A stretch of DNA of 64,000 bases from Candidatus Xenobia bacterium. GTDB taxonomy: Bacteria > Vulcanimicrobiota > Xenobia > Xenobiales > QWHO01. How positions within the stretch are numbered: the stretch's first letter is position 1; every line of letters begins with the position of its first letter. Shown one piece after another: positions 26,610 through 36,289 of this stretch. The stretch is from the NCBI GenBank assembly GCA_045863235.1, contig BTUM01000001.1, forward strand, positions 96,001-160,000. Direction: 5' to 3'. The notes beneath the pieces were generated by a model. The model searched no databases. It saw only the letters and a program-made list of their open reading frames with translations, and had not been told where the DNA came from. Made by a program: the position numbers and the translations under genes.

Positions 26610-28030
26610 ACCCCTTCCTGCTCAAGGCCCTGTGGCAGCTCAAAAGGTCACGCCGGATCTGGGTGCAGACGCTGCTGCTCTGCGTGACACTCTGGTTGGG
26701 CGCCTTCTACACCTATCTCGCTCTGACACTCCTGGTCGTCTTTGCCACCGCCCCCCACTTCGGCGAGGAGCGACAGCGCGGCAGCCTCTGGGTCTCAGGC
26801 ATCACCGGCATGACGCCTTTTCAAGAGGCTGTGGGCCGGCTGTCAGGGGCTCTCTTGTCTCCGGCCGTGAGCTGGGGGCTCAGCCAGCTCGTGATGGTCG
26901 GCTGGGGTCGTTTCTCGCTCTCGCTCGCCCTGACTGGCTTGCTCTGGCTGACTTTTGTCGGGGCCGTCGGCCTGGTTGCCTCGCTGACCCGCAACCCCGT
27001 TCGCGCCACCACTACGGCTCTGGCCTGGCTGGTGTTCAGTCCTCTCCTGCCGGCCATTCTGGACAACCCCTTGCCCGGCGCCATGGGCCTGTTCCCATCC
27101 TGGTACCTGCTTGTCCATTCGAACCCCTGGCCTTTGCTGGTCGGTAGCCTGCTGGCCCTGGCCTACCTGACCTTTCGACTGGCTGACAACGCCCCTCTGG
27201 AGGCCGCCTCGCCCAGCGTGGCCGGTGAGGCCCGGGGCCTGGCTCCCCGGCGCGAGGGGGCTTTGCCCCATCAGGCCCCTCCCCGGCTCGAGCCGGCTCC
27301 CCCCAACCTGGTCGACCGGCTGCTCTCGCACTGGAGCGATGACCCCTTCTACCGTGCCTACCGTGATGGCTATTTGCGTCTTTACCGTGACGCGACCGAC
27401 GCCCCCGGGAGCGCCCTGTCACCCGGTCTGGTCTTCTGCGGTCTGCTCGGCCTGGTTAGCAGTGTTCCCGAGCTGCAGCGACTCTTCTCGCTGGGTCTCT
27501 TCATGACCCTGATCGGCATCGCTTTGAGCGGCCTGGGGGCGCTGCTGGTGGGCTCCAAGTCGATGCAGGCCGAGGGCGAGGGCGCCATCTGGCCTCTTCT
27601 GCTGGTCACCGGGATGACGCCCTCGCGGGTGCTGGGCGGTAAGTTCGCTACCTCGTTCTTTGCCGTCTCGGGTGAGTGGAGGGTCTGCCTGGTCGCCTAC
27701 CTGCTGGTCCTCTTCGTCCAACCTTGCCTGGTGCCGCTGCTCTTTCTGCACCCTGCTGTCATTGCGCTGGGAGCCCTTCTGGGCCTCGGCCTGGCCTGCA
27801 CCAGTCGACGCGAGGGCGGCCTGGTGCAGGTTCTTCTGGTTCTCCTGATGGGGTTGAATCTGGCCTTTGTGGTCCCGCCTCTCTACGCCGCCCTGGTCGG
27901 TGGTTTCTCGCTGGGCACGCTCTCCATCTTGAGCCTGGAGCTGGCGATGGTCGTGCTCTTGAGCCTGGTGCTGCTTCCCTGGGTGCGGGTGCGGCTGGCC
28001 GAGCGCATGGAGCCCGAATCGATCCGGTAA
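26606..28030 (+). CDS. ABC-2 type permease-like membrane protein (two internal halves)
   Basis: Many TM helices; coupled to the ATPase by ATGA overlap; GKF motif. Confidence 0.7.
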   Translation: MNPFLLKALWQLKRSRRIWVQTLLLCVTLWLGAFYTYLALTLLVVFATAPHFGEERQRGSLWVSGITGMTPFQEAVGRLSGALLSPAVSWGLSQLVMVGWGRFSLSLALTGLLWLTFVGAVGLVASLTRNPVRATTTALAWLVFSPLLPAILDNPLPGAMGLFPSWYLLVHSNPWPLLVGSLLALAYLTFRLADNAPLEAASPSVAGEARGLAPRREGALPHQAPPRLEPAPPNLVDRLLSHWSDDPFYRAYRDGYLRLYRDATDAPGSALSPGLVFCGLLGLVSSVPELQRLFSLGLFMTLIGIALSGLGALLVGSKSMQAEGEGAIWPLLLVTGMTPSRVLGGKFATSFFAVSGEWRVCLVAYLLVLFVQPCLVPLLFLHPAVIALGALLGLGLACTSRREGGLVQVLLVLLMGLNLAFVVPPLYAALVGGFSLGTLSILSLELAMVVLLSLVLLPWVRVRLAERMEPESIR

Positions 28031-28080
28031 CACTGCGCTAACATCGTGCCCACCCGGGTCCTCCTATAGTGGGCAACGCT

Positions 28081-28557
28081 ATGATGATCACAACCTTGAC
28101 AACGCCAGCACCGGCGCGCCGTGCGGCCGCGCCTTCCAATCCGCCGCCTCAGCCTCCGCCCGAGCAAGATCCCGAAGAAGAGTTGATGAAGCGCACCTTC
28201 ATCTGGGGCGGCGCCAGCGCCGCCATCGGCGCGGTCAGCTGCGTCGCCACAACGGCCGCCTATGCTCTGGGCGGACCGGGAGTGGGCCTGGGCGTCCAAC
28301 TCGGCCTCTGCCTGGCGGGCGGCCTGGGTGGCGGCTTTTACGTGGCTAACTTCCTGCACACTCCTGAGCCTCACAACCGCACCCTCGGCTTCCTGGCAGG
28401 GGCGGGCGCCATGGCGCTGACCACCACCTTCGGTCGCATGGCCGGGCTCTCGGGAGCACCGGTCATGACGGGTCTTGCGGCCGGCCAGGCCAGCATGGGC
28501 TTTGGATTGCTCTACGGTGGCTACGGCTCGATCATTTTGGGCCAGAAGGAAACCTGA
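28081..28557 (+). CDS. Hypothetical Gly-rich membrane protein with Pro-rich N-terminus
   Basis: MMITTLTTPAP... followed by about 4 Gly/Ala-rich hydrophobic segments. Confidence 0.6.
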   Translation: MMITTLTTPAPARRAAAPSNPPPQPPPEQDPEEELMKRTFIWGGASAAIGAVSCVATTAAYALGGPGVGLGVQLGLCLAGGLGGGFYVANFLHTPEPHNRTLGFLAGAGAMALTTTFGRMAGLSGAPVMTGLAAGQASMGFGLLYGGYGSIILGQKET

Positions 28558-28599
28558 GCCCTGCAGGTCGGTTTCAAGCTTTGAGGGAATGACGCCCGC

Positions 28600-30129
28600 A
28601 TGCTCAAACGCTTGATAATGCTGATTGTGATGTTATCCGCCGCGGTCCTGAGCCAGGACGAAGTGGTGGGCACCTATAAGAAAACCATCAATACTCGGAC
28701 CCAGACCCTGGTGCTGAGCAGCAACCGCAACGCCCAGCTGACCACCGAATTCTCCGGCGGCAAGACCATCGTGCAGAAAGGCACCTGGAAGGTCAGCGGG
28801 GAGCTGTTGACTCTGAGCCTGACCCAAAAAAATGGTCAGAAGGCGTCTGAGACCATCGTCTTTCAGCGCGACGGAGCTGAGCTGGTGGCCACCCAGTACA
28901 ACGTCAAGAACTGGGGCGCCAGCGGCATCGTGCTCGAGCGTTACGATCCCAACCCCCAACCGGCCGCCGCCCGACCGGTCATCGACACCCTGGTGGTCAG
29001 TCCCGCCCGGGTGATGAAGGTGGGTGAGGAGCTGACCGTGCTGATGACCGGCACTCCCGGCGGACAGGCCAGCTTCGAGGTTCTCGGCGCGGCTCAGGAT
29101 GTGGTGCTGCCCGAGGTCTCCAGCGGCCGGTACCAGGCCAACTTGAAGCTGACCAGCGCCATGGTGGTGCGGGATGCGGCCCTGGTGGGTCGGCTCTCCA
29201 AGGACGGTCAGGAGGTGCTCAAGGAGGCCAGCCGCACGGTTACCATTGAAGGGGCGGCGCCACCTCCGGCCGCTCGGGTGGAGCTGTTGCCGCGTCCCAA
29301 GAGCCGCGTCTTCGACGCGCGGCCTCTGGTGGGGGCAACCTTCTCTGCCCCGGTGGAGGGGGCCGCGTACCGGCTCTGGCTCGACGGTGCCGAGGTGACC
29401 GGCTACAGCAAGATCACCGAAAACATGCTCCACTTCAAGCCTCGTAAGGACCTGGCCCAGGGTCGGCACTCGGTCCGCCTGCTCGGCCCCAATGTGGACG
29501 AGACCTGGAACTTTACCGTGGCCGGCCAGATGCGGCCTCAGGTGAGCCCGGCCGACGGCGCGCAGGTGAATACCGCCCGCCCTGAGTTGCGAGTCCGCTT
29601 CGACCAGCCGGTTCAGACCGTGACGCTGCGCCTCTGGCTCGACTCGAGCGAGGTCACCGGCTACGCCCAGATGAGCAGCTATGAGATCGCCTACCAGCCT
29701 GGCTTTGATCTGACCCCGGGGACGCACCAGGCCCGGGTGGCGGCTCGTGGAGCCAGCGGAGAGAACTGGGACTATACCTGGAGCTTCCAGGTCGGTGGGT
29801 CGCTCGCTCCGGTGGGCCTGCAACTGCAGGTCGCCTCTCCCACCACCGGCCAGAAAGTGCCAGAGAGCTTCGTGATGACCGGCACGGCCACGCCCGGCTC
29901 CATCGTGGAGCTGACCGGCACGGTCACCCAGCCGCTCATTCCCGGGGTCATCGGCATCAAGAGCCAGAACTTGAAGTACAGCGTCTATACCGACCCGACC
30001 GGCGGCTGGCAGCTGCCCGTGGCCGTGAAGGCCCCCAACGGGTCGGTGCTGGAGCTGACGGTGTTGGCTCGCGACGCGGCCGGGGCTCAGTCCAATCCGG
30101 TCAAGATTCGCTGCACGATCGCGAAGTAG
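28600..30129 (+). CDS. Secreted protein with multiple Ig-like beta-sandwich domains
   Basis: Signal peptide; two internal repeats (RP...LWLD..EVTGY...W.F.V). Confidence 0.78.
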   Translation: MLKRLIMLIVMLSAAVLSQDEVVGTYKKTINTRTQTLVLSSNRNAQLTTEFSGGKTIVQKGTWKVSGELLTLSLTQKNGQKASETIVFQRDGAELVATQYNVKNWGASGIVLERYDPNPQPAAARPVIDTLVVSPARVMKVGEELTVLMTGTPGGQASFEVLGAAQDVVLPEVSSGRYQANLKLTSAMVVRDAALVGRLSKDGQEVLKEASRTVTIEGAAPPPAARVELLPRPKSRVFDARPLVGATFSAPVEGAAYRLWLDGAEVTGYSKITENMLHFKPRKDLAQGRHSVRLLGPNVDETWNFTVAGQMRPQVSPADGAQVNTARPELRVRFDQPVQTVTLRLWLDSSEVTGYAQMSSYEIAYQPGFDLTPGTHQARVAARGASGENWDYTWSFQVGGSLAPVGLQLQVASPTTGQKVPESFVMTGTATPGSIVELTGTVTQPLIPGVIGIKSQNLKYSVYTDPTGGWQLPVAVKAPNGSVLELTVLARDAAGAQSNPVKIRCTIAK

Positions 30130-31576
30130 GCGCCTGGCCGGCGAACAGGAGCCCGAGCTCCTCCGGGGGCGTGTCGGGGGGGACGATCCCCACGATGCGC
30201 CCCCCCTCCATGACCGCCAGCCGGTCGGACAGCGTGCGCAGCTCATCCAGGTCTTCCGAGATCAGCAGGATGGCCGTGCCGCGCGCCTTCTCGTCGAGCA
30301 GCAGGCGGTGGATGGCACGGGTGGCTCCCAGGTCCACTCCCCGGGTGGGTTGGGCCGCGACCAGCAGTCGGGGCTGGCGCGACAGCTCGCGCGCCAGCAC
30401 CAGTTTCTGCAGGTTGCCGCCCGAGAGGGTGCGTGCGGGCGCCTCCACCGAGGAGGTCTTGACAGAGTACTCCTCGACCAGCGCTCGAGCCCGCTGCTGG
30501 ACCGCGCCCGGTTGCAGCACGCCCTGCCTGGCCAGGGGGGGACGGGGATAGTCGCGCAGGATCAGGTTCTCGCTCAGGCTGAAGTCAAGAATGCTGGCCG
30601 TCCTCTGGCGGTCTTCGGGCACGTAAGCCAGACCCGCCTCCAGCCTGTGGCGGATGCTCATGGCGGCCAGCTCCTGGCCGTCGAGTCGGGCGCTGCCTTC
30701 AAACGGGCTCAGCCCGGCCAGGGCATCGGCCAGTTCGCGCTGACCGTTGCCGCTCACCCCGGCCAGCCCCACGATCTCGCCCTGATGCACCGTGAGGTCG
30801 ACGCCCTTCAGCCTGGGGGGCACGGCCAGCTGACTCAGCTGCAACCGGGGGGTGGAGGAAACCGGACCGCGCTCGAGCGGCAGCGGCTCGAGCTCGCGGT
30901 CGACCATCAGCCGGGCCAGCTCTCCAGGGGTGGTCTGGGAGACGCTCGGGATGTGACTGACCAGCTTCCCCTGACGCAGCACGCTGACCCGGTCGCAGAG
31001 CTCCATCACCTCCCCGAGCTTGTGGCTCACGAACACCACTCCTCGGCCCTGGGCCACCATCCGGCGCAAAACGACAAAGAGCGGCTTGACCTCCAGCGGG
31101 GTGAGCACGGCGGTGGGCTCGTCCAGCAAGAGCAACCAGGCTTCCTGAGCCAGGGCCCGCAGAATTTCCACCCTCTGGCGCTCGCCCACCGAGAGCTCAG
31201 CCACCGGGGTGCTCCAGGGAAGGCTCAGGGAATATTCTTCAGCCAGCTGCTGGGGATGCTGGCGCAGGCCGGCCAGAACCAGATTCTGGGCCACCGTCAG
31301 CTCGTCCACCAGCATGAAGTGCTGGTGCACCGTGGCGATGCCCAGGCGCAGCGCCTGGGTGGGCGAGGTCAGCAGCAGCGGCCGACCCTCGGACAGCACC
31401 CGGCCGCTGTCGGGGCGCACCAGCCCGCTGAGCACCTTGAGCAGGGTCGACTTGCCGGCCCCGTTCTCGCCCAGCAGGGCGTGGATCTGCCCGCTTTCAA
31501 AGCTCAGGCTGACGTCTTGCAGGGCCCGGGTGGACCCGTAGCTCTTGTTGATGCCCTCCAGGGCAAGCCGCCTCAC
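30101..31576 (-). CDS. Nucleoside/simple-sugar ABC transporter ATP-binding protein (tandem ABC)
   Basis: GENGAGKST, QHFMLV, DEPT, LSGGNLQK, QPTRGVD; GTG start overlaps the BMP stop. Confidence 0.92.
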   Translation of the reverse strand: MRRLALEGINKSYGSTRALQDVSLSFESGQIHALLGENGAGKSTLLKVLSGLVRPDSGRVLSEGRPLLLTSPTQALRLGIATVHQHFMLVDELTVAQNLVLAGLRQHPQQLAEEYSLSLPWSTPVAELSVGERQRVEILRALAQEAWLLLLDEPTAVLTPLEVKPLFVVLRRMVAQGRGVVFVSHKLGEVMELCDRVSVLRQGKLVSHIPSVSQTTPGELARLMVDRELEPLPLERGPVSSTPRLQLSQLAVPPRLKGVDLTVHQGEIVGLAGVSGNGQRELADALAGLSPFEGSARLDGQELAAMSIRHRLEAGLAYVPEDRQRTASILDFSLSENLILRDYPRPPLARQGVLQPGAVQQRARALVEEYSVKTSSVEAPARTLSGGNLQKLVLARELSRQPRLLVAAQPTRGVDLGATRAIHRLLLDEKARGTAILLISEDLDELRTLSDRLAVMEGGRIVGIVPPDTPPEELGLLFAGQAPTSRSCSES

Positions 31577-32523
31577 TTCTGCTCGCGCAGGGCCTTGTCG
31601 TAGGAGGCGCGGACCTTTTCGCTCACCGGAACCTGGGGATTGAAGACGCTCACCAGGCCATTGCCGTAGGTGAGCCGGTACTGCTTGCCTCCGGGACGAC
31701 CCTGGCGGCGCTCTTGGAGGATGTCCTGCAGCACCGGGGTCCAATCGTAGGTCTGGCACACCACCACCTGGTCGGGTGCCAGCGAGGCCTGGTTGGCCTG
31801 GGTGCCCACCCAGAGGAGCTTCTTCTCGCGCGCCACGTTGATGGCTCCGGCCACCTGCTGGGCCGAGCCCGTCAGCACGTCTGCTCCGGCCTGCACCTGG
31901 ACGCTGGCCGTCTCGGCCGCCTGGGAGGTGTCCGAGAAGCTGCCCGTGTAGGCCACGAGGACCTTCACGTCTGGACGGGTCGCTTTTGCCCCGGCCTGGA
32001 AGCCGTCGATGTAGAGCTTGGCGTCGCCCGCCTCCACCGGGCCTACGACCCCCAGAACCCCTTTCTGGCTCAGGCCGGCGGCCAGCACGCCGTTCACGTA
32101 GCCGGCCTGATCGGCGGCGGCGTCGTAGGCGAAGACGTTGCGGGCTCCTCGGGTGTCGGTGGCGGTTCCGTAGGCGAAACTGACCTCGGGAAAGTCGGCC
32201 GCCACCTCGAACAGGCCGTTGCCATACTGCGTGCCGTGGGCCACCACCAGATCGTAGCCCTCGTCGGCGTAGTCGCGCAGGGCGGCGTTGGCGTCGGCCA
32301 CGCTGACCATCTTGTCGGAGATGGCCACCTCCAGGTTGGGGTCCTTCTGCTTGAGCGCGTTCAGTGAATCCACCATGGACTGGCTCCAGGCCAGGTCGTC
32401 CACGGCGCTCGGCAGCACCACCGCAATTCTCGTCTTGGGAGAGCCGGACGCGGTCGGGGGTGCGGCCGCGGGGGCGCTGCACCCTGCCAACCAGACAGCC
32501 AGCAGCACGAGCAGGCGAATCAC
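31573..32523 (-). CDS. BMP family (purine nucleoside) substrate-binding lipoprotein
   Basis: Lipobox LAGC; D.AWSQS, GYDLVVAHG, YTGSFSD, GADV. Confidence 0.88.
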   Translation of the reverse strand: MIRLLVLLAVWLAGCSAPAAAPPTASGSPKTRIAVVLPSAVDDLAWSQSMVDSLNALKQKDPNLEVAISDKMVSVADANAALRDYADEGYDLVVAHGTQYGNGLFEVAADFPEVSFAYGTATDTRGARNVFAYDAAADQAGYVNGVLAAGLSQKGVLGVVGPVEAGDAKLYIDGFQAGAKATRPDVKVLVAYTGSFSDTSQAAETASVQVQAGADVLTGSAQQVAGAINVAREKKLLWVGTQANQASLAPDQVVVCQTYDWTPVLQDILQERRQGRPGGKQYRLTYGNGLVSVFNPQVPVSEKVRASYDKALREQK

Positions 32524-33578
32524 TGTTTTTCGACGGGAACGGGCTGGCCGGATGGAAGGATCAGGTCTTCCTCGGCCTCATCAAAACCGGTGGGGGGCGC
32601 GTCGAAGCCGTCGGGAGCGGCCTTGACGCTGGAGCGAGCGGCGGGCTTGTTGTGCTGGCGGACCTGCAGGGGATCTTCCTCGGGGTTGCCCAGGTTGGCC
32701 TTGAGATGATCCTCTCCCTCAGGGGTGGGTCGCATCTTCAGATGGTCCTCTCCCTCGGCCGGATAGCGTGCCTTGATTTCCTGGGGCGATCCGATCACTG
32801 CCTTGAGCGAGTTGCCCTTGCGCGGAGGGGCGGCTTGGAGCGGATCGGGCTCGCGTGCCTCCTCGACCGGCACGGGGTTGGGGACGGGCGCCTTGTAGAT
32901 GGCCGAGGCGCTCCAGGCCAGGCTCTGGGTCAGCTTGCCGCCGGGTACCTGGACGTAGATGCCAACGCCGGTGAGCGGATCTTCGAAGCGGTAACCCCGG
33001 ACCAGGTAGGGGATCTGATCCAAAGGCTCACCTTCGAGCAGGTGCACGGCGTAGGCCTTGCCCCTCGGCTCGAGCTGCAGCCGGGTCTTCCCGTTGGGCC
33101 CGAAGATGGTGTAGGTATTGGTGGAGAAGGTGGTGCGGATGTTGACGCTGCCTGCCTTGCCGTGGATGGCGGTGACCCTGCCGTAGGTCAGCGTGTAGAC
33201 CACCTTGTCGTCCGGTAGATGGGCCTCAAAGGCCGTCTTGCTGCGCTGGAAGACATAAGTGTTGGGCCCGAAGCGAATTTTCAGCGAGCCATCCACCTGC
33301 TCTTGCACCGTGGCCGACCACTTGGGGAACTGGAACACGTAGCCGAAGCCGCTCTTGGTGATGGTCACCGGCCCGGCCTGGGTTTGCAGCAAGGTTCGGG
33401 TGAGCGTCTGGTCGGGAACGCGGGTGACGCCGGCGGGACAGTAGATCCCCCCCCAATTCTCCTTGAACAGGGCCTGGTGCTCGCCCTCAGCAGCCAGGGG
33501 AAGGCCCAGCCAGAGCCAGGCCACCAACATGGCCAGGCCCGCTTTCAAACACTTTTGCAGGCGAAAATTCAACATCAA
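32520..33578 (-). CDS. Hypothetical exported protein with repetitive C-terminal tail
   Basis: Signal-like segment; beta-rich core; PxEGEDHLK repeats. Confidence 0.65.
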   Translation of the reverse strand: MMLNFRLQKCLKAGLAMLVAWLWLGLPLAAEGEHQALFKENWGGIYCPAGVTRVPDQTLTRTLLQTQAGPVTITKSGFGYVFQFPKWSATVQEQVDGSLKIRFGPNTYVFQRSKTAFEAHLPDDKVVYTLTYGRVTAIHGKAGSVNIRTTFSTNTYTIFGPNGKTRLQLEPRGKAYAVHLLEGEPLDQIPYLVRGYRFEDPLTGVGIYVQVPGGKLTQSLAWSASAIYKAPVPNPVPVEEAREPDPLQAAPPRKGNSLKAVIGSPQEIKARYPAEGEDHLKMRPTPEGEDHLKANLGNPEEDPLQVRQHNKPAARSSVKAAPDGFDAPPTGFDEAEEDLILPSGQPVPVEKQ

Positions 33579-33623
33579 CTGGCAGAGGGTTTTAAGTTTT
33601 ACGCCAGCGAACTCCTGCTTTTC

Positions 33624-34427
33624 ATGCCCAATCTACGTATTCTGGACAATTGCGGCTGGGATGGGCGAATTTTGGCCGTGGGCCTGGACGACCTGGTGCA
33701 GAGCTTCATCGTGGTCACCCGCCGCTTCAATGTGCTGGTGGATACCATGGTCAACCAGGAGACCGCCCTGGAGCTGGTGGACCTGGCGCGTCAGGCCGGC
33801 CCCGGTCGCGAGTTGCTGGCCGTCAACACGCACGCCGACTGGGACCATTTTTGGGGCAACCAGATCTTCGCCGCCCCTATCCTGGCCCATCGCCTGGCGG
33901 CCGAGCGAGCTCTGGACCAGGAAGCTCGGGAGGACCTGCGCCAGCATGCCGCCCGCGAGCCCGAGCGCTACGCCGGGGTTCGCCTGACTCCCCCCAATGT
34001 GCTGTTCGACGAGCGTCTGACCGTGGATGGGGGCGATCTTACCCTGGAGCTCTTCCGCACTCCCGGGCACACCATCGACCATATCGCGGTCTATCTTCCC
34101 GAAATCGGCTTGCTGCTGGCCGGGGACGCAGCCGAGGAGCCTTTCCCGCTGGTGGGCGGCCGGGGTTGTCTCAAGACCTTGCGGGACTCGTTGCGGGCCA
34201 TGCGTGACCTGCGGCCGCGCCACGCGTTGTATTGCCACGCTCCCGTGGAGACCGGGCCGGCTCTGCTCGAGCGCAATCTGGCCCACTTCGACGAGATGGA
34301 GCGGCGCTGCCGTTCGGGTGAGGACTTTTCATTGCTGGAAGCCACCGGGGGGCGGACCGACCTGCCCGGCTTTTACGCCGAGAGCCACACCCGGGCACTG
34401 GAGCTGATGCGCCAGCTCGTCAAGTGA
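33624..34427 (+). CDS. Metallo-beta-lactamase-fold hydrolase
   Basis: THADWDH, PGHT.DH, AGD. Confidence 0.88.
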   Translation: MPNLRILDNCGWDGRILAVGLDDLVQSFIVVTRRFNVLVDTMVNQETALELVDLARQAGPGRELLAVNTHADWDHFWGNQIFAAPILAHRLAAERALDQEAREDLRQHAAREPERYAGVRLTPPNVLFDERLTVDGGDLTLELFRTPGHTIDHIAVYLPEIGLLLAGDAAEEPFPLVGGRGCLKTLRDSLRAMRDLRPRHALYCHAPVETGPALLERNLAHFDEMERRCRSGEDFSLLEATGGRTDLPGFYAESHTRALELMRQLVK

Positions 34428-34578
34428 GTTGACAGTACCGGGTCTTGCACGAGCGCCGATTGCCAACGCGTAAAGTTGTTCACATGAAGTTAACAATTTG
34501 TTCATAACTGGCAGCCGTCAGCAACACGTTGGCAAGTGCCCTGCCCGATACTGAGACAAAGCTCACGGGAGGTGTCCA

Positions 34579-34938
34579 ATGCTGAAAGCTCCATCCGATG
34601 CCATCAAGATTCCTATCGCCATTGCTCGCAGTTTGAGCGATCTGGGCCTGAGCGGCCATTTCAACTGGGTTACCCCTCGGCTGCTGGCCAGCCTGGCCCG
34701 CAAGCCCTTCCTCCTGATGCGGCGTGGTTGGTCTCTGGCTCAGACCGAGCCACTCGGCTATCTGTTGGGAGGAAAGACGGTCGGGCAATTGCTGCGCATC
34801 GAGCCCGAGAGGGGACGTGCCATCCTGGACAGCCGTACGGCCGACTGCTGGCACCGGATCGTGATCACCCTGCAGGGCGAGCTGGTCAGCGCCGGCCCGG
34901 CCTATGCCGACGGGCGCGAATTGGAGGAGGCGGCTTAA
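34579..34938 (+). CDS. Hypothetical protein
   Basis: Strong SD GGAGGT before ATG. Confidence 0.65.
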   Translation: MLKAPSDAIKIPIAIARSLSDLGLSGHFNWVTPRLLASLARKPFLLMRRGWSLAQTEPLGYLLGGKTVGQLLRIEPERGRAILDSRTADCWHRIVITLQGELVSAGPAYADGRELEEAA

Positions 34939-34984
34939 TCCCGCGCGTTCGAATTCTGAACAGCTGAGTCGTGCATCATCCGCC

Positions 34985-35040
34985 AGGAGCGCAGCCGGAA
35001 ACCGCCTTGACACGGTTTTCCGGCTGCTCCACGCTCAACA
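34985..35040 (+). repeat. Dispersed 56-bp hairpin repeat, copy 2
   Basis: 50/56 identity to 23437-23492; lies between convergent genes. Confidence 0.85.
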
Positions 35041-35055
35041 AGAGGTCCAGCCGCA

Positions 35056-36285
35056 TCAGAGCCGCCCGCGTGGGTCAACCGGGTTGCCCTGGTAGCGAAC
35101 CTCGAAGTGCAGGTGGGGACCGGTGGACATGCCGGTGGAACCGACCGCTGCCACCACCTGGCCCTGGTTGACGGCCTGACCGTAGCCGGCGTAGAGGGCT
35201 GAGCAATGAGCGTACAGGGTGGAGTAGCCATCCCCGTGGTCGATGATGATCGTGTTTCCGTAGCCGCCATACCAGCCGCTGTGGATGACCCGCCCGTTGT
35301 CGGCCGCTTTGATAGGGGTGCCTGAGCCGGCCGCGATGTCCAGCCCGGCGTGGAAGATCGAGGTGCCCCGGATGGGGTGGATGCGGTAACCGAAGTTGGA
35401 GGTGATCCAGCCGTTCACCGGCATCACGTACACTCCGGCGCTGGGCCGTAGCGGGCCTCCTCCGCCGGGGTTCTCCGCCTGGCGCGCCCGGATCATGGCC
35501 TGCAGCTCGGCCTCCATCTCGACCGTCAGATGCTCGAGCTCGACCACCTTGTCCTGAACCTGGTCGCGCTGCTCGCGCACCCTGGCCAGCAGCGCGGCTC
35601 GTCGGGCCTCTACCCTGGCCAGCTCCTTGGCTTGACGGGCCTGCAGCTTCTCAGTGGCGGCGATCTCGCTCACCGTCTTCTGGGCCGCCGCCTTCTTGAC
35701 TTCCAGCTCGAGCTTACGGGCCCGCACCTCGCCGATCAGCTTCTGGTCGCTCTGCACGATGCGCTCGAGGTATTCGCTCTGGTTGAGAAAGTCCGTGAAG
35801 CTGGCGGCTTCGAGCAGCACAGAGAGGTAGTTGACGTCCCCGGTCAGGTAGATCTGCTGCAGACGCCTTTCCAGGGCTCTCTGGGCCTTGAGCAGGCGAG
35901 CCTTGGTGGCCTCGATCTGGGTCTTGAGGGCGGCCAGACGCTCTTGAGCCGCGGCCAGACGGGCGCGGGTCTCCTCCAGCTTGGCCTGCACCGTTCCCAG
36001 GCGGGCCTGGGTTTGGCCCAGTTGGACCGACACATCCTTGGCCCTGTCATTCATCACCTGCAGGCGCGCGCGTTCCTCTTGCAGGTTGGCCCGGGTCACC
36101 TTGAGCTTACGCTCCAGGGAGCCCTCTTGAGCAGAGCCCGGCAGGTGCAACAGGGCCAGCAGCACCACGAGCGCGGCGGGACCCCATCTTGACGCGCCCC
36201 GTGACGCCCCGGAGGTCTTATCCTGTGTTGGCGGAGCATACTTGCGCCACCACAAGCGGGGTTGCGGCCAAGCCTTCAGGTGCAC
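35056..36285 (-). CDS. Coiled-coil M23 peptidase (EnvC/CwlO-like FtsEX partner)
   Basis: Long coiled coil, HAGLD, YGN, STGPHLHFEV; directly downstream of ftsX; start uncertain. Confidence 0.9.
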   Translation of the reverse strand: MHLKAWPQPRLWWRKYAPPTQDKTSGASRGASRWGPAALVVLLALLHLPGSAQEGSLERKLKVTRANLQEERARLQVMNDRAKDVSVQLGQTQARLGTVQAKLEETRARLAAAQERLAALKTQIEATKARLLKAQRALERRLQQIYLTGDVNYLSVLLEAASFTDFLNQSEYLERIVQSDQKLIGEVRARKLELEVKKAAAQKTVSEIAATEKLQARQAKELARVEARRAALLARVREQRDQVQDKVVELEHLTVEMEAELQAMIRARQAENPGGGGPLRPSAGVYVMPVNGWITSNFGYRIHPIRGTSIFHAGLDIAAGSGTPIKAADNGRVIHSGWYGGYGNTIIIDHGDGYSTLYAHCSALYAGYGQAVNQGQVVAAVGSTGMSTGPHLHFEVRYQGNPVDPRGRL

Positions 36286-36289
36286 CGGG

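Noticed and set aside
31577..32482. Apparent 793-aa fusion ORF 30101-32482
   Set aside because: The upstream part is an alternative frame over the BMP gene; the ATPase starts at GTG 31576.
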